DNA from: a virus
Strand: one strand, 5' to 3'
DNA: 64,000 bases
IMG/VR virus record: IMGVR_UViG_3300044591_002420
Coordinates: 61,004 to 125,003 of that record
The notes beneath the pieces were generated by a model, which was not told the origin of the DNA, made no database searches, and was given only the letters and a program-made list of their open reading frames with translations. A program made the position numbers and the translations under genes. Positions 31,807 to 41,384 of this stretch are shown piece after piece (positions within the stretch are counted from its first letter, which is position 1; every line of letters begins with the position of its first letter).

Positions 31807-32091
31807 ATGTCACTCTCACCAGAATGGACTAATGTTCTTGAGGCTCATTGCAAAAGAGTTGTAAACGAAATGAGTATTGATGAACTGAAGGCTTATGCCC
31901 GACAAATGATGTGTTCTTCGCTTTTTGGTGGTGGTCGTGATTTTCTGGATACTCGGGAAGATCTTGTAGAAGATATTGTAGAACATTGTTATGCACAGGA
32001 AGAAAATGGTGTTTTGGTAGCTAGAAAATTTATTATCGGTTGTGGTGTTTCTGAAGTAGATGCCGATTATGCCTTGATTGATTATAATTAA
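31807..32091 (+). CDS. Hypothetical protein
   Basis: AAGGAG RBS before ATG 31807. Confidence 0.7.
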   Translation: MSLSPEWTNVLEAHCKRVVNEMSIDELKAYARQMMCSSLFGGGRDFLDTREDLVEDIVEHCYAQEENGVLVARKFIIGCGVSEVDADYALIDYN

Positions 32092-32128
32092 TCTTACATC
32101 ACTAATTCCTTTCTTTTTCTTTACCAAC

Positions 32129-32359
32129 ATGGACACGAAGAGTTTTGAGAGCCTTGATCTAAGGATATATCAACCACTACTTAATGGAATCACAGAAATT
32201 GCTGATGCTGAGGGTAGATCCGTTGAAGAGGTAATAAGAAGGGCTCTGGGTCTTTATGATCTTTGTCGAAAAGAAGAGGCCGAAGGTAGAACGATTGTGA
32301 TTGCAAATCTTGATAATGGTATAGTTGTCGAAGCAGTAAAGGGCATTAGACTTAATTAA
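32129..32359 (+). CDS. Ribbon-helix-helix (CopG-like) DNA-binding protein
   Basis: SLDLRI..ITEIADAEGRSVEEVIRRALGLY. Confidence 0.65.
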   Translation: MDTKSFESLDLRIYQPLLNGITEIADAEGRSVEEVIRRALGLYDLCRKEEAEGRTIVIANLDNGIVVEAVKGIRLN

Positions 32360-32534
32360 TCCACCACATTTCTTAAATCCATGACCGGATACACCAAAAT
32401 CACCGAACAAAAATTCTATGAAGTTGGTGGTTTCTCAAATCCTCGCTGTGTGAGAGTGGAGCGAGGAGGCTGCTGGGCTTACTTTTATGAAAACTCACTG
32501 TAACGATAATTAATCCACCACGTTTCTTAAATCC

Positions 32535-33610
32535 ATGAAAATCGCAAAAGTTGCTCACGTCACCAAAAATCAGATCTATCAAATCCCCGGAGAGATTTAT
32601 GATGAAGATCGCCCCGAATTTGATTGTTATATGCCAGAATATACGGGACATTTCTGGATTGTTGATTGTTTGATCTGCGATAAAAATGGAAATCTCCATC
32701 CCGACATTCAAAAAGGAGTTCCCGTTTACACCGAACACATGAAGCGAGTCTGAATTTAATCATGAACATCACCACCGATGGTTACACCAAACTTTATTTG
32801 TCATCTAGCGAAACAAATGAATTCCTTTCCGATCTTCGACATCTTCCTTCGAGATTGAGCGTATCCACAACCTTTTATCTTGAACATCTTAAAGATGCTT
32901 CCCGAAAAAATGGAGGAAGTGAAATAATGATGAGTGGTAAACACTGCATCAGCGAACTTCTAGCTGATCTTTATAGACTTCAGAAATTGAAAATTAAACT
33001 TAGGCCAATAACTAAACTTATTATTCATCACTTGGAATATATCTCACCATATTATTGATCACTTTTTTAATTTTCATCATGAGCAAAAATTACACAAATT
33101 CTCAACTGAGAGATCCTTGGGTAGCAGGAGAAGACAAAATTCCACGGCCACTGAGAACAGAAGATGGAAGACTAGAACAATTCATGTTTCGGAATTATCA
33201 GCTTTCCGGGCAGAGTTTTTATTGTGAGTGTGGATGTAATGTATTTCATAGGCCCGTTCACAAGAATCTAGATTTATATCAATGTAATTGTTGTGAGCGA
33301 CAATTTGAGGCTTATGACTAATCCCCTGATCGCTCTGGCGGAGGCTCAGAGAGCCCTAAGTTTGGCCGCTGATAGAATTCACAGCCACGAAGGCTGCAGC
33401 TCAGCCTGGCGCGATGCCACAAACGCTTCTGATCGCGCTCGTGATCTTCTGGTGATAAAATTTTGGTGTGCGATGATGAATACACATTGTATTCATACTA
33501 TAACGATATTGGTGCGGCACTTCAGGCTAAATTGGATTATCTTGAAGGGTTCTGTCTTAATCTCAATCGACGATGCTAATGATGCGATTTTCAATAAGAT
33601 CCTCCTCTAA
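32535..33610 (+). other. Four small hypothetical genes (32535, 32762, 33079 zinc ribbon, 33314)
   Basis: Packed ORFs; CECGC..CNCC in 33079..33321. Confidence 0.6.
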
Positions 33611-33627
33611 TCCAGGAGGATTTTTTA
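33599..33627. terminator. Intrinsic terminator between convergent genes
   Basis: ATCCTCCT-loop-AGGAGGAT followed by a T run. Confidence 0.75.
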
Positions 33628-33646
33628 TTGTCCAAAAATGTAAAAA

Positions 33647-34153
33647 TCACCCATTCTCCATCTGATAAAGAATCTTTCTTAGACCACGAGTGTTGATATA
33701 ATTTTCCATGGCCTCTTTTAGAAATTGATTCAAAAACTCTGTAGAAGTAGGAACAGAATAACCTTTCAGTTTAACCGCCTTGTAGAGCATTTTGAAATCT
33801 TTTATTATCTTTTTATCCATCAATAAGATTTCGTCTTTTTTAGCTTTCTCCCATGTAACATTATTAACAGAACAATCCATTCTGTCTTTACTTTTATACT
33901 TGATTCTTTTTGAATTGGAAATGTTAGGAAGAAATGCTTTTGCAACTAAATTACCAACAAGAATACATCTTCTACGGTGAGTTTTATCATAAATCCAGAC
34001 AGCCTTATTTGTCTTTACTCTTCCATCTTTTAGTTTAATGAGAGTGTTATTTCTTTTCATTGACCATATTTCACCAGAGTCAGAGACGAAATACCCCTCA
34101 AAGTCCTCGTAGCCGGAAATGCTATTTATTGCCGTCAAATTGGTTGGTATCAC
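33647..34153 (-). CDS. NUMOD4-HNH homing-endonuclease-derived protein with degenerate active site
   Basis: ISGYEDFEGYFVSDSGEIWS (NUMOD4) and LVAKAFLPN...VNNVTW (HNH_3 scaffold) without the catalytic His. Confidence 0.7.
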   Translation of the reverse strand: MIPTNLTAINSISGYEDFEGYFVSDSGEIWSMKRNNTLIKLKDGRVKTNKAVWIYDKTHRRRCILVGNLVAKAFLPNISNSKRIKYKSKDRMDCSVNNVTWEKAKKDEILLMDKKIIKDFKMLYKAVKLKGYSVPTSTEFLNQFLKEAMENYINTRGLRKILYQMENG

Positions 34154-34177
34154 TGGGCTTATTTGGACAGAGATAAT

Positions 34178-34183
34178 TATTTA
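34178..34183 (-). promoter_or_regulatory. T4-type late promoter TAAATA
   Basis: TAAATA 25 nt upstream of the 34153 start. Confidence 0.55.
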
Positions 34184-34239
34184 AGCATTCTGTATGAAAG
34201 TTAGTATTTTTTAAGGGTTTTCTTGTCATAGTATAGGAA

Positions 34240-34790
34240 TCGTGAATTGATAATGATTGTTATTGATTAGAATTCGTATCGTTTATTGTTGTTATTGATG
34301 TGGTTTGTTATTGTGTTTGATCTGGTTATTGTGGTTATTGTAATTCGTATCGTTTATTGTGTTTGAGACCCTTATTGATAATAATTCGTATCGTTTATTG
34401 TTATTATTGTGGTTAGGGCTCTTATTGTGTTTGAAACTCTTATTGTGTTTATTGTGGTTATCGTGTTTGATCTGGTTATTGTTGTTATTGTGTTTGAGAC
34501 CCTTATTGATAATAATTCGTATCGGTTGTTGTTATTGTGTTTGAAACTCTTATTGTGTTTATTGTGGTTATCGTGTTTGATCTGGTTATTGTTGTTATTG
34601 TGTTTGAGACCCTTATTATTCTTAGTAATCTCGGGCTTCCTGTGATAACAACACCACTAACAAAAGAAACAACACCAACCAACAACAATAACAAAAGAGA
34701 CACCAATAACCAATACGAATTAATATCAATAACAAACCACATCAATAACAATAACCGATACGAATTATTATCAACATAACCCATAAGAGA
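34240..34790. repeat. Low-complexity direct/inverted repeat block (origin- or pac-like)
   Basis: 86-bp exact direct repeat 34422-34507/34532-34617; AATTCGTATCG four times; ~40-bp inverted repeat 34271-34313/34727-34766; GT-rich to AC-rich switch near 34635. Confidence 0.8.
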
Positions 34791-34807
34791 TCCTAATACC
34801 CCAACCA

Positions 34808-34837
34808 TTGACAAGGATCCTCACAACCGCCTATATT
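34808..34837 (+). promoter_or_regulatory. sigma70-like promoter
   Basis: TTGACA-N18-TATATT upstream of 34863. Confidence 0.65.
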
Positions 34838-34862
34838 ACTCATGTATCCCAGAGGTTCTCCA

Positions 34863-35426
34863 ATGCCCATCACCAAAACAATCACTCTCTATAAGTTTGA
34901 TGAATTGAGCGAAGAAGCCCAGAAGTTTGCAATCTCCAATCTGTACGATTGGTGCTGCACAAACCACATAAATGCAGATCACGATTGGTCGGATCCCATT
35001 TATGAAGATGCCAAAACTATCGGTCTTAAGATTGAAGAATTTCATCTTGAACACAAGAAAATCAATGGAGCATTGACCGAATATCTTCTTGATTGTTGTC
35101 GTTCAATCCGACATAATCACGGTAAAGACAGTGATACATTCAATACTGCTCATCAATATCTACAAGAATACATTCAGGCATTTGTTAAATGGAAAGAAGA
35201 GAATAAAGATGATGATAACAAAGATTGGAAACCCGCTGATTGGTTATATGAATTCAAATATACTGACGAAGCCGATGAGATTACAAATGAATTCAGGAAA
35301 GCTCTGCTACAAGATTATCTTATCATGTTGGATAAAGAATATGATTATTTGACTAGCGAAGAAGCAATTAAACAATCAATGGAAGCCAATGAATGTCTTT
35401 TTCATGAGGATGGCACACTAGAATAA
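34863..35426 (+). CDS. Acidic early phage protein
   Basis: LYKFDELSEEAQ...LDKEYDYLTSEEAI..EANE.LF.EDG family motif. Confidence 0.8.
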   Translation: MPITKTITLYKFDELSEEAQKFAISNLYDWCCTNHINADHDWSDPIYEDAKTIGLKIEEFHLEHKKINGALTEYLLDCCRSIRHNHGKDSDTFNTAHQYLQEYIQAFVKWKEENKDDDNKDWKPADWLYEFKYTDEADEITNEFRKALLQDYLIMLDKEYDYLTSEEAIKQSMEANECLFHEDGTLE

Positions 35427-35444
35427 AACTCTTCCATTAACTAA

Positions 35445-35522
35445 CATCTGCTTCGGTATTATTATATCGGAGCATTTGTTATATCTTTACATTTAGCCTT
35501 AATAACAGCTTATAGTGTCCGT
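35445..35522 (-). ncRNA. Putative ACGG-leader small RNA, copy 1
   Basis: Minus-strand TATAAT (35530-35535) 30 nt from palindrome 35566; ACGG start; hairpin 35449-35474. Confidence 0.45.
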
Positions 35523-35647
35523 AAGAGTTATTATACACGATACAATGCACTAATGGTCCATGAGTGTTCCAGTTTATCAAGTGTCCACTGCTGCTGTTAT
35601 TCCTCCATAATATGGGTTATTGTTATTAAGTCTTCAGGGAAACAACA

Positions 35648-35815
35648 ATGTTTGATTTCATCAACGATCGCAATCTGATTATCATTGCACTTCTTTGTAT
35701 TGCTGGAGTAGGATCAATTCTTTACGGTCTTTATGCCCTCTTTGGTCTTTATGGAATCGTTATTCCTATTGGAGTCTTAGCATCATTGGTTCTTTTCTAT
35801 AACACTCGCTACTGA
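35648..35815 (+). CDS. Small membrane protein (not in track)
   Basis: Hand-translated 55-aa hydrophobic ORF after palindrome 35566. Confidence 0.6.
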   Translation: MFDFINDRNLIIIALLCIAGVGSILYGLYALFGLYGIVIPIGVLASLVLFYNTRY

Positions 35816-36020
35816 TAACACTATGGATAAAGTGAACATGGTATTTCTTATTATCCAAACCACTGTAGCTTTATATTTCACCTTCTTTCTTGATAATCTC
35901 ACTCATAAGGCATTTAAGGAACTGGATGTAGACAAAAGGCGTCTTATTTCATGGGGAATGTTCTTTCTTATGCTCATCTCTCTCAATACTTTTAACTGAA
36001 CTCAAAGGTTTCTTCATATA

Positions 36021-36047
36021 GCTAGGACTAATAATCCTAGCTTTTTA
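36021..36047 (+). terminator. Intrinsic terminator
   Basis: GCTAGGA-loop-TCCTAGC followed by TTTTT. Confidence 0.75.
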
Positions 36048-36781
36048 TTGTCTAATAATCTAATAACATAAATAATAACAGGTAATAACAATCCTCTTAC
36101 ACCTCCGGCCTCTGTAGTCACTGTCTCAAAGAGATCAAATTACACACCACTAAGGTTCTTAAAGATTAAAAATCCTACTTCCAACCGAATAACAAAAAAC
36201 AGTAATAAAACTGATTATATTTTATTGCTTATAATAATTCAAGTAGAAAGCGTTAGCGCGATCTACGATTTTTTAGTATCTGCGTGTACCAGTTTATCAA
36301 GTGTCCACTCGTGGTTGCTTGATCTTTTAATACCTGTTATATTGTTAATGACCTAAAAGAATTCCACTCATCATGCTAATGATTTTTATCATTTACTTCT
36401 ACATGGTCACTTGCACATATTGGGCTCTTGTTGCATTACGAACTCCGAGTAATTTTTCCGAACGACTTCTTGTACTACGGGATGATATAAGTCCTTATCA
36501 ATGCTTTGGTTATTATGTTGACGATGTGACAGAAGAGGATCTGGCACAGTCTCCACTCCAACCGATTCAATGATCTGTTATTCTAGTTTCAGCGGTTGAA
36601 CAACTGGCACAGTCTAGCGAGCATACAGATTGCATTATGGTGGCCGGTATTGATTCCAAGTGTTTTTATTGCTAAAATCCTAAAGGATTTGGATTCTTTA
36701 TGACACTCCATAAGCTGTCCACTCAACTCCAATAATCCCAGCACTATCCGCTAACATGATTACTGTTATTGGAATTCTTCA

Positions 36782-37109
36782 ATGAAAATCAACTGGCTTA
36801 ATATTCTTATTTGTTTGATAGGAATTATTAGTAACATTATTCTTTTTAATTTGCTTTTCGGGCCAGGTCCCCATCTTTCTGCAATGGTACTTGGTATTGT
36901 ATGGGGACTGTTTTTCCCATTTATTGATATTGAGTGATCCAATGAAAATCAACTGGCTTAATTTCTTTTATTGGCACCTTGTCAATCAGGTTTCATTAAC
37001 AGTGTTTACTGTGTTCTTTGGTCCTGTAGACATTTTGACAGCAATAATAACTGGTACTTTCTGGGGTGTAGTATCAAATTACACTCTTCCGATTTTTTAT
37101 TACGAATGA
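36782..37109 (+). other. Tandem paralogous small membrane genes (36782..36937, 36942..37109)
   Basis: Both start MKINWLN from identical DNA and share FGP..G..WG. Confidence 0.65.
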
Positions 37110-37341
37110 TGCCACACCACAAGTACATTGTTGAAGTTAGGAACATTGATGGTTCCTTGGCAAGTTTTTCAGAACAGGAAAAGAAAAGACAAGAACATCC
37201 ATATCTCTTTTCAAAAGAAGAATTTACAATAGATGAACTTTGTTATTATGCGTCATTTGGACAGAAGAGAAATTTTCCAATTGGTCCTGTAGGTTTGCCC
37301 AAATTTATGCAAGATATTGGTATTTCTTATCGGCTTAAAAC

Positions 37342-37551
37342 ATGGTAACAACCCATTCATTATTAGAAAGTTATGAAATCCATCTTAAACGTTGTTATAC
37401 CGCAATAAGTTTAGACACACCAATAAAAGATCTATTGTTATTAGTAACTGACGAGAATTATTTTATTTGGGATTTGGTAGCAGAAAATCCAAACTGCCCA
37501 CATTATATTAAAAGATACATTGTAATTAAAAAGTATCTAATGAGACTGTGA
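37342..37551 (+). CDS. Degenerate LRV protein (1 repeat + cap)
   Basis: TDENYFIWDLVAENPNCPHYIKRYI. Confidence 0.7.
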   Translation: MVTTHSLLESYEIHLKRCYTAISLDTPIKDLLLLVTDENYFIWDLVAENPNCPHYIKRYIVIKKYLMRL

Positions 37552-37630
37552 CACTTCATAAGCTGTCCACCGGGACCACCGATTCCCAATAATCCGCTGT
37601 ATTGTTATTAAGTCCACAAAAGGAATTTCA

Positions 37631-38368
37631 ATGTCTTCTCTCACTCCTGAACAACTGTCCGACCTTCTTGACGATACCTTTGACGGTTATTGTGAACATA
37701 TTCTTGATAATGTAGATCAAAATACGGTCGTTGGAGTTAAGATTACCACAGAGGTAACACATTCCGATGGTTCCATTACGGAATTTGTTGATATTCACAC
37801 TCCAACAGAAGAATCATCTAGTGTCAACAAGAAACCCGCTCAACAAGAAAATAGACCCTATCGTAGCAACTGTTTTCCTGACGACAAATAATAACCACTA
37901 ACCCACCCACATCTCTTTTCTTCCAATGACAAAATCAAACAACGTCAAGCTAACTCTCACGGTTCAACTTGAAGTGGATCTTGGAAAAAATGGTCTCACA
38001 ATTGAAGATTTTGTTTCTGAATTGAAAAGTGGTTATCAATCATTCCATCCACAAGGAGCTTATATCATTTCCGAGAAAATTGTCCGACACGATGTTAATG
38101 GTACCCATCCAGATTTTGACCAATGAGCACCACCAATCAGGCAATTTTTGAGAATCATCTGAAGAATGCTTATGAGGATCTCTTTGCTAACAATCCAGAG
38201 TATTCTTATGCTGCTAGCAGAACAACTCCTGTAGAACTCGCTCATAAAATGACAGAATCTCTTGTAACTGGGCAAGGAAATAAAGACGGTGATGGTATCA
38301 AAAGAGCATGTAAAGCTGTAGGAATTAAACACACTTATAAAGCGATCAAAGAATATCTTAACCAATAA
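37631..38368 (+). other. Three hypothetical genes (37631, 37926, 38123)
   Basis: Co-directional ORFs after palindrome 37548. Confidence 0.7.
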
Positions 38369-38390
38369 CAATACAATTCCAATAACATTT

Positions 38391-38563
38391 GCTGAGGTAT
38401 AACAATACTTCAGCTTTTGTTATATTCTTATTTTTTGTCTTAAAAATAGAATAGGCTTCCCGTATCTGTATTCTACTGATGGCGTTGGTATCTGTCAAGC
38501 ATTCTTCCATAAGCACTTCTGATCGGTTGAGAGGTTGACTTAAGCGGTTCCAGGGTCTATATT
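38391..38563. promoter_or_regulatory. Cassette A: hairpin + reverse sigma70 promoter + central operator + forward sigma70 promoter
   Basis: Minus TTGACA(38493-98)-N17-TAGAAT(38470-75), ACGG at 38463; plus TTGACT(38535)-N17-TATATT(38558). Confidence 0.85.
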
Positions 38564-38590
38564 ATGGAAGTCACTCAGACAAGCCTTCTC

Positions 38591-38974
38591 ATGTCCCGGA
38601 ATCCCGCTCCCGAACTGAAGCACGACATTGTAGTTCATGAGGGTTTCGTAACCCTATCTAATAACAATGATGGTTTCTATACACAATACTTCAATAATCG
38701 GGAAGAGGTTGAGCAATTCATCGCTGAACTTCGTGAGGCAATGGATAACATTTGGCCGGATGGTGTTGATCCTCAAAAACTACAGGAAGAATGTTATCAA
38801 AAACGAGAGGAAGAGCGTCAAGAATACTTGCGCAATAATCCTCCTCGGCCACTAACACCAGAAGATATTGAACGTAATAAAAGGTTAGTGGAACTTCTCA
38901 ATAAACTGGCTAATGATGATTCCTATTATATTCGTTCTCATGTTGCGGAAAATCCCGGATTCATCACACCATAA
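38591..38974 (+). CDS. Hypothetical protein with C-terminal LRV fragment
   Basis: LANDDSYYIRSHVAENP at the C-terminus. Confidence 0.7.
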   Translation: MSRNPAPELKHDIVVHEGFVTLSNNNDGFYTQYFNNREEVEQFIAELREAMDNIWPDGVDPQKLQEECYQKREEERQEYLRNNPPRPLTPEDIERNKRLVELLNKLANDDSYYIRSHVAENPGFITP

Positions 38975-39286
38975 GAACCTATCCACAACATAATGCGATA
39001 ACAACCCACTCTACCACTACCTTTTCAGCGACATTATTGTGCTCAGTGAGTCCTTTATCCTTGAGCACATTTTTGTAGCTGAGATCCAAGATGATATAAA
39101 TAAATCTAAAAAACCTTTTATCGGGAATTTCGGTCTGAAGGTGCTACGGGTCATTCCGTCAAATAAGATCACCGATAATTTCATTGTTATAATAAATGTT
39201 ATGTGTCAGTCCATAAGCTGTCCACCGATACTCTCATGTTCCCATAATCTGCTGTATTGTTAAGAAGTCTCCAGAGAATGTTTCTC

Positions 39287-39673
39287 ATGGCTCACTATTT
39301 CAGTCTTGCTGAAAATCCTCACACAGATCTTAGAACTCTCGTACGTCTGGCTCATGATGGTGATAATCCTCTTACGGATGCGGAATGTGATAAAATCATC
39401 GCTGAGAATAACGAGCGTGCTCGGCAGCTAGAAGAGGCCAGGCTTAATAGGCCCATTCTTCCACAAACATGGACAGATAGATATGATATTATTGAGAAAT
39501 CTATTCCCTACGGTGGAACTGTTGGAAATCCTGTAACAGAGGGTATCCAAAAGGTCGTCACACTTAGGATTATTGACGAAGTTGATTATTCTGTTCATGT
39601 TAATTTCTACAACAGAAAAGAACTGAATAAATTTATTTCAGAATTGCTACAAGTCTCAGATCATCTTGATTGA
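39287..39673 (+). CDS. Hypothetical protein with N-terminal LRV fragment
   Basis: LAENPHTDLRTLVRLAHD at the N-terminus. Confidence 0.7.
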   Translation: MAHYFSLAENPHTDLRTLVRLAHDGDNPLTDAECDKIIAENNERARQLEEARLNRPILPQTWTDRYDIIEKSIPYGGTVGNPVTEGIQKVVTLRIIDEVDYSVHVNFYNRKELNKFISELLQVSDHLD

Positions 39674-39701
39674 ATACGAGACAATAACAATTCAATTTAC
39701 G

Positions 39702-39728
39702 AGAGGTGGAGTTTTCTACCTCTTTTTT
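39702..39728 (+). terminator. Intrinsic terminator
   Basis: AGAGGTGGA-loop-TCTACCTCT followed by a T run. Confidence 0.75.
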
Positions 39729-39830
39729 ATATGAACTATAGATCGTGTGCCAGTCCATAAGCTGTCCACCATTATCCCCACCCGACGAGATTTCTGGTTA
39801 TTGTTAAGAAGTCTTCAGAGAATGTTTCTC

Positions 39831-40265
39831 ATGGCCCCCAACATCAGCAGTTTTCATCCATTGTGGTTGATCCATCTTTTTAGTTGGCGAGATATTGCAG
39901 CGCTTATTGGCAGTAGAGCTATCTATGGACGGAATGCTAGCCATGAAAGTGATTTTGATTATATTTTTCCTGAGGGAACAAAGAATGCTGCAATCAATGT
40001 TCTCAATAAAAATAACGTTCAATTTACAACTAACAATTTCGGAACTATTAAAATTGTTGTTGAAGTTCGTGATTATGCTATACCTTTTTGTTTTAACATT
40101 ATTTTTCTTGACGAATGTAATTTCGCGGCATGGTCTAAAGCGACTAAGTTGTTAAAAGTTATTCTTAACGAGGTAAATATCAATAAAACGGATAGACTGA
40201 AAATGTTCAATTCTCTGGTGCAAGAATTTGGTGGAGCTGCAATCACCAATACACCAAGTTTCTGA
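39831..40265 (+). CDS. Minimal nucleotidyltransferase (pol-beta superfamily)-like protein
   Basis: LIGSRA...ESDFDYI = GS..DxD motif. Confidence 0.6.
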   Translation: MAPNISSFHPLWLIHLFSWRDIAALIGSRAIYGRNASHESDFDYIFPEGTKNAAINVLNKNNVQFTTNNFGTIKIVVEVRDYAIPFCFNIIFLDECNFAAWSKATKLLKVILNEVNINKTDRLKMFNSLVQEFGGAAITNTPSF

Positions 40266-40287
40266 TCCTGATCCTGATAACAATAAT

Positions 40288-40457
40288 AACCCTAGAGTAA
40301 TTCTGGGGGTTTTTATTGTTTATATTTTGATAAGAAAAATAGAATAGGTTTCCCGTATCTGTATTCTACTCATGATCCAACAGTTTGTCAAGGTCCGGAA
40401 TGATAAAATGTTCTTATCGGTTGTGGCCTTGACAAATTCCTAAAAGAGGTTTATTGT
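40288..40457. promoter_or_regulatory. Cassette B (divergent sigma70 promoters, ACGG RNA start 40356)
   Basis: Minus TTGACA(40386-91)-N17-TAGAAT(40363-68); plus TTGACA(40429)-N17-TATTGT(40452); terminator 40288-40314. Confidence 0.85.
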
Positions 40458-40482
40458 ATGAAAGACGAATCTCACAGGATCC

Positions 40483-40782
40483 ATGATCACCCGTCAGCAG
40501 TATCTTTCTTCCCCATCTTCTCTTCATCACGAGTATTTTCTTCAATTTTCTAATCCTGTTATTCGTGGTATTCTTAAGAGATCAATTTTTGATTCTGATA
40601 AAAAGTTGAAAGAAAGCACTGATCCACATTTTAATGATATTCCACTGAAATGGTGGGATGATATTGCAAATTTTATTGCCCCGTATATCAATAACACCAA
40701 ACTCGTTGAGTTGGGTGAAATCAATTCACTAAGCACAAGAGTTTGTATTTTGAAAGCTATTGCCCAAGAAATGATCAAATAG
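40483..40782 (+). CDS. Hypothetical early protein
   Basis: Follows cassette B; DPHFNDIPLKWWD. Confidence 0.75.
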   Translation: MITRQQYLSSPSSLHHEYFLQFSNPVIRGILKRSIFDSDKKLKESTDPHFNDIPLKWWDDIANFIAPYINNTKLVELGEINSLSTRVCILKAIAQEMIK

Positions 40783-40801
40783 GATTGTTTTCAAATGAGT
40801 A

Positions 40802-40977
40802 ATGAGTCAGGTATTCTTATACTTGGCTCATTTTTATATTCTTATTTTTAAGAAGAAAAATAGAGTAGTATGTCCGTAAGATTATTCTAGTCGTTATATT
40901 CAGAAAATGGTCTGCTCCCGTGCCAGTTTGAGAAGTGTCACAACCTATGAGAACGGCGATCAAAATTCCACTATTAT
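40802..40977. promoter_or_regulatory. Cassette C (palindrome-driven divergent promoters, ACGG RNA start 40877)
   Basis: Palindrome 40920-40941 with minus TAGAAT (40884-89) and plus TATTAT (40972-77), each exactly 30 nt away. Confidence 0.75.
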
Positions 40978-41001
40978 GGTATGAACCACGGAATTTCTCA
41001 C

Positions 41002-41247
41002 ATGAGTATCCCTGATCCTTCTCAGGCAACCGCCATTCTTAACCGTTGCGACTGCCAAACTGTCGCCGCTGCTACTCTCCCGGTTTGGAATAAGTTTCTG
41101 AATGACCTTAGTCTCCCCGCAGACCTTTATGATAATGTTGAGGATATGATTAACATTCTTGAATATATCAAAGATTGGCAACCTTCCGATGCTGACATAA
41201 TTAAAAACAATTCTTGTGGTACTGCATGGCATGATGGATGCCTTTGA
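41002..41247 (+). CDS. Hypothetical protein
   Basis: ATG after cassette C. Confidence 0.6.
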   Translation: MSIPDPSQATAILNRCDCQTVAAATLPVWNKFLNDLSLPADLYDNVEDMINILEYIKDWQPSDADIIKNNSCGTAWHDGCL

Positions 41248-41384
41248 TTGATTATACATGAAATAATCAGTATAGTATAAAGATCGGAAATAGTATGCTC
41301 CTGTGCCAGTTTGAGAAGTGTCCACTGACTCACTGAAATGGTGTGTTTATCCGCCATAATACAAAGGTAATCGCAATTCTTCTC

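Noticed and set aside
33314-33610. GC-rich ORF start followed by a better-looking alternative frame (programmed frameshift?)
   Set aside because: No clear slippery site or stimulatory structure; more likely a recombination scar
34359-34814. Hydrophobic L/V/I-rich ORFs in the repeat block
   Set aside because: Open in several frames only because of low-complexity TTG/TTA repeats
538-41324. 22-bp palindrome as an integron attC or recombinase site
   Set aside because: It often overlaps stop codons, but the fixed spacing to -10 boxes, short arms and absence of an integrase favour a transcription-factor site
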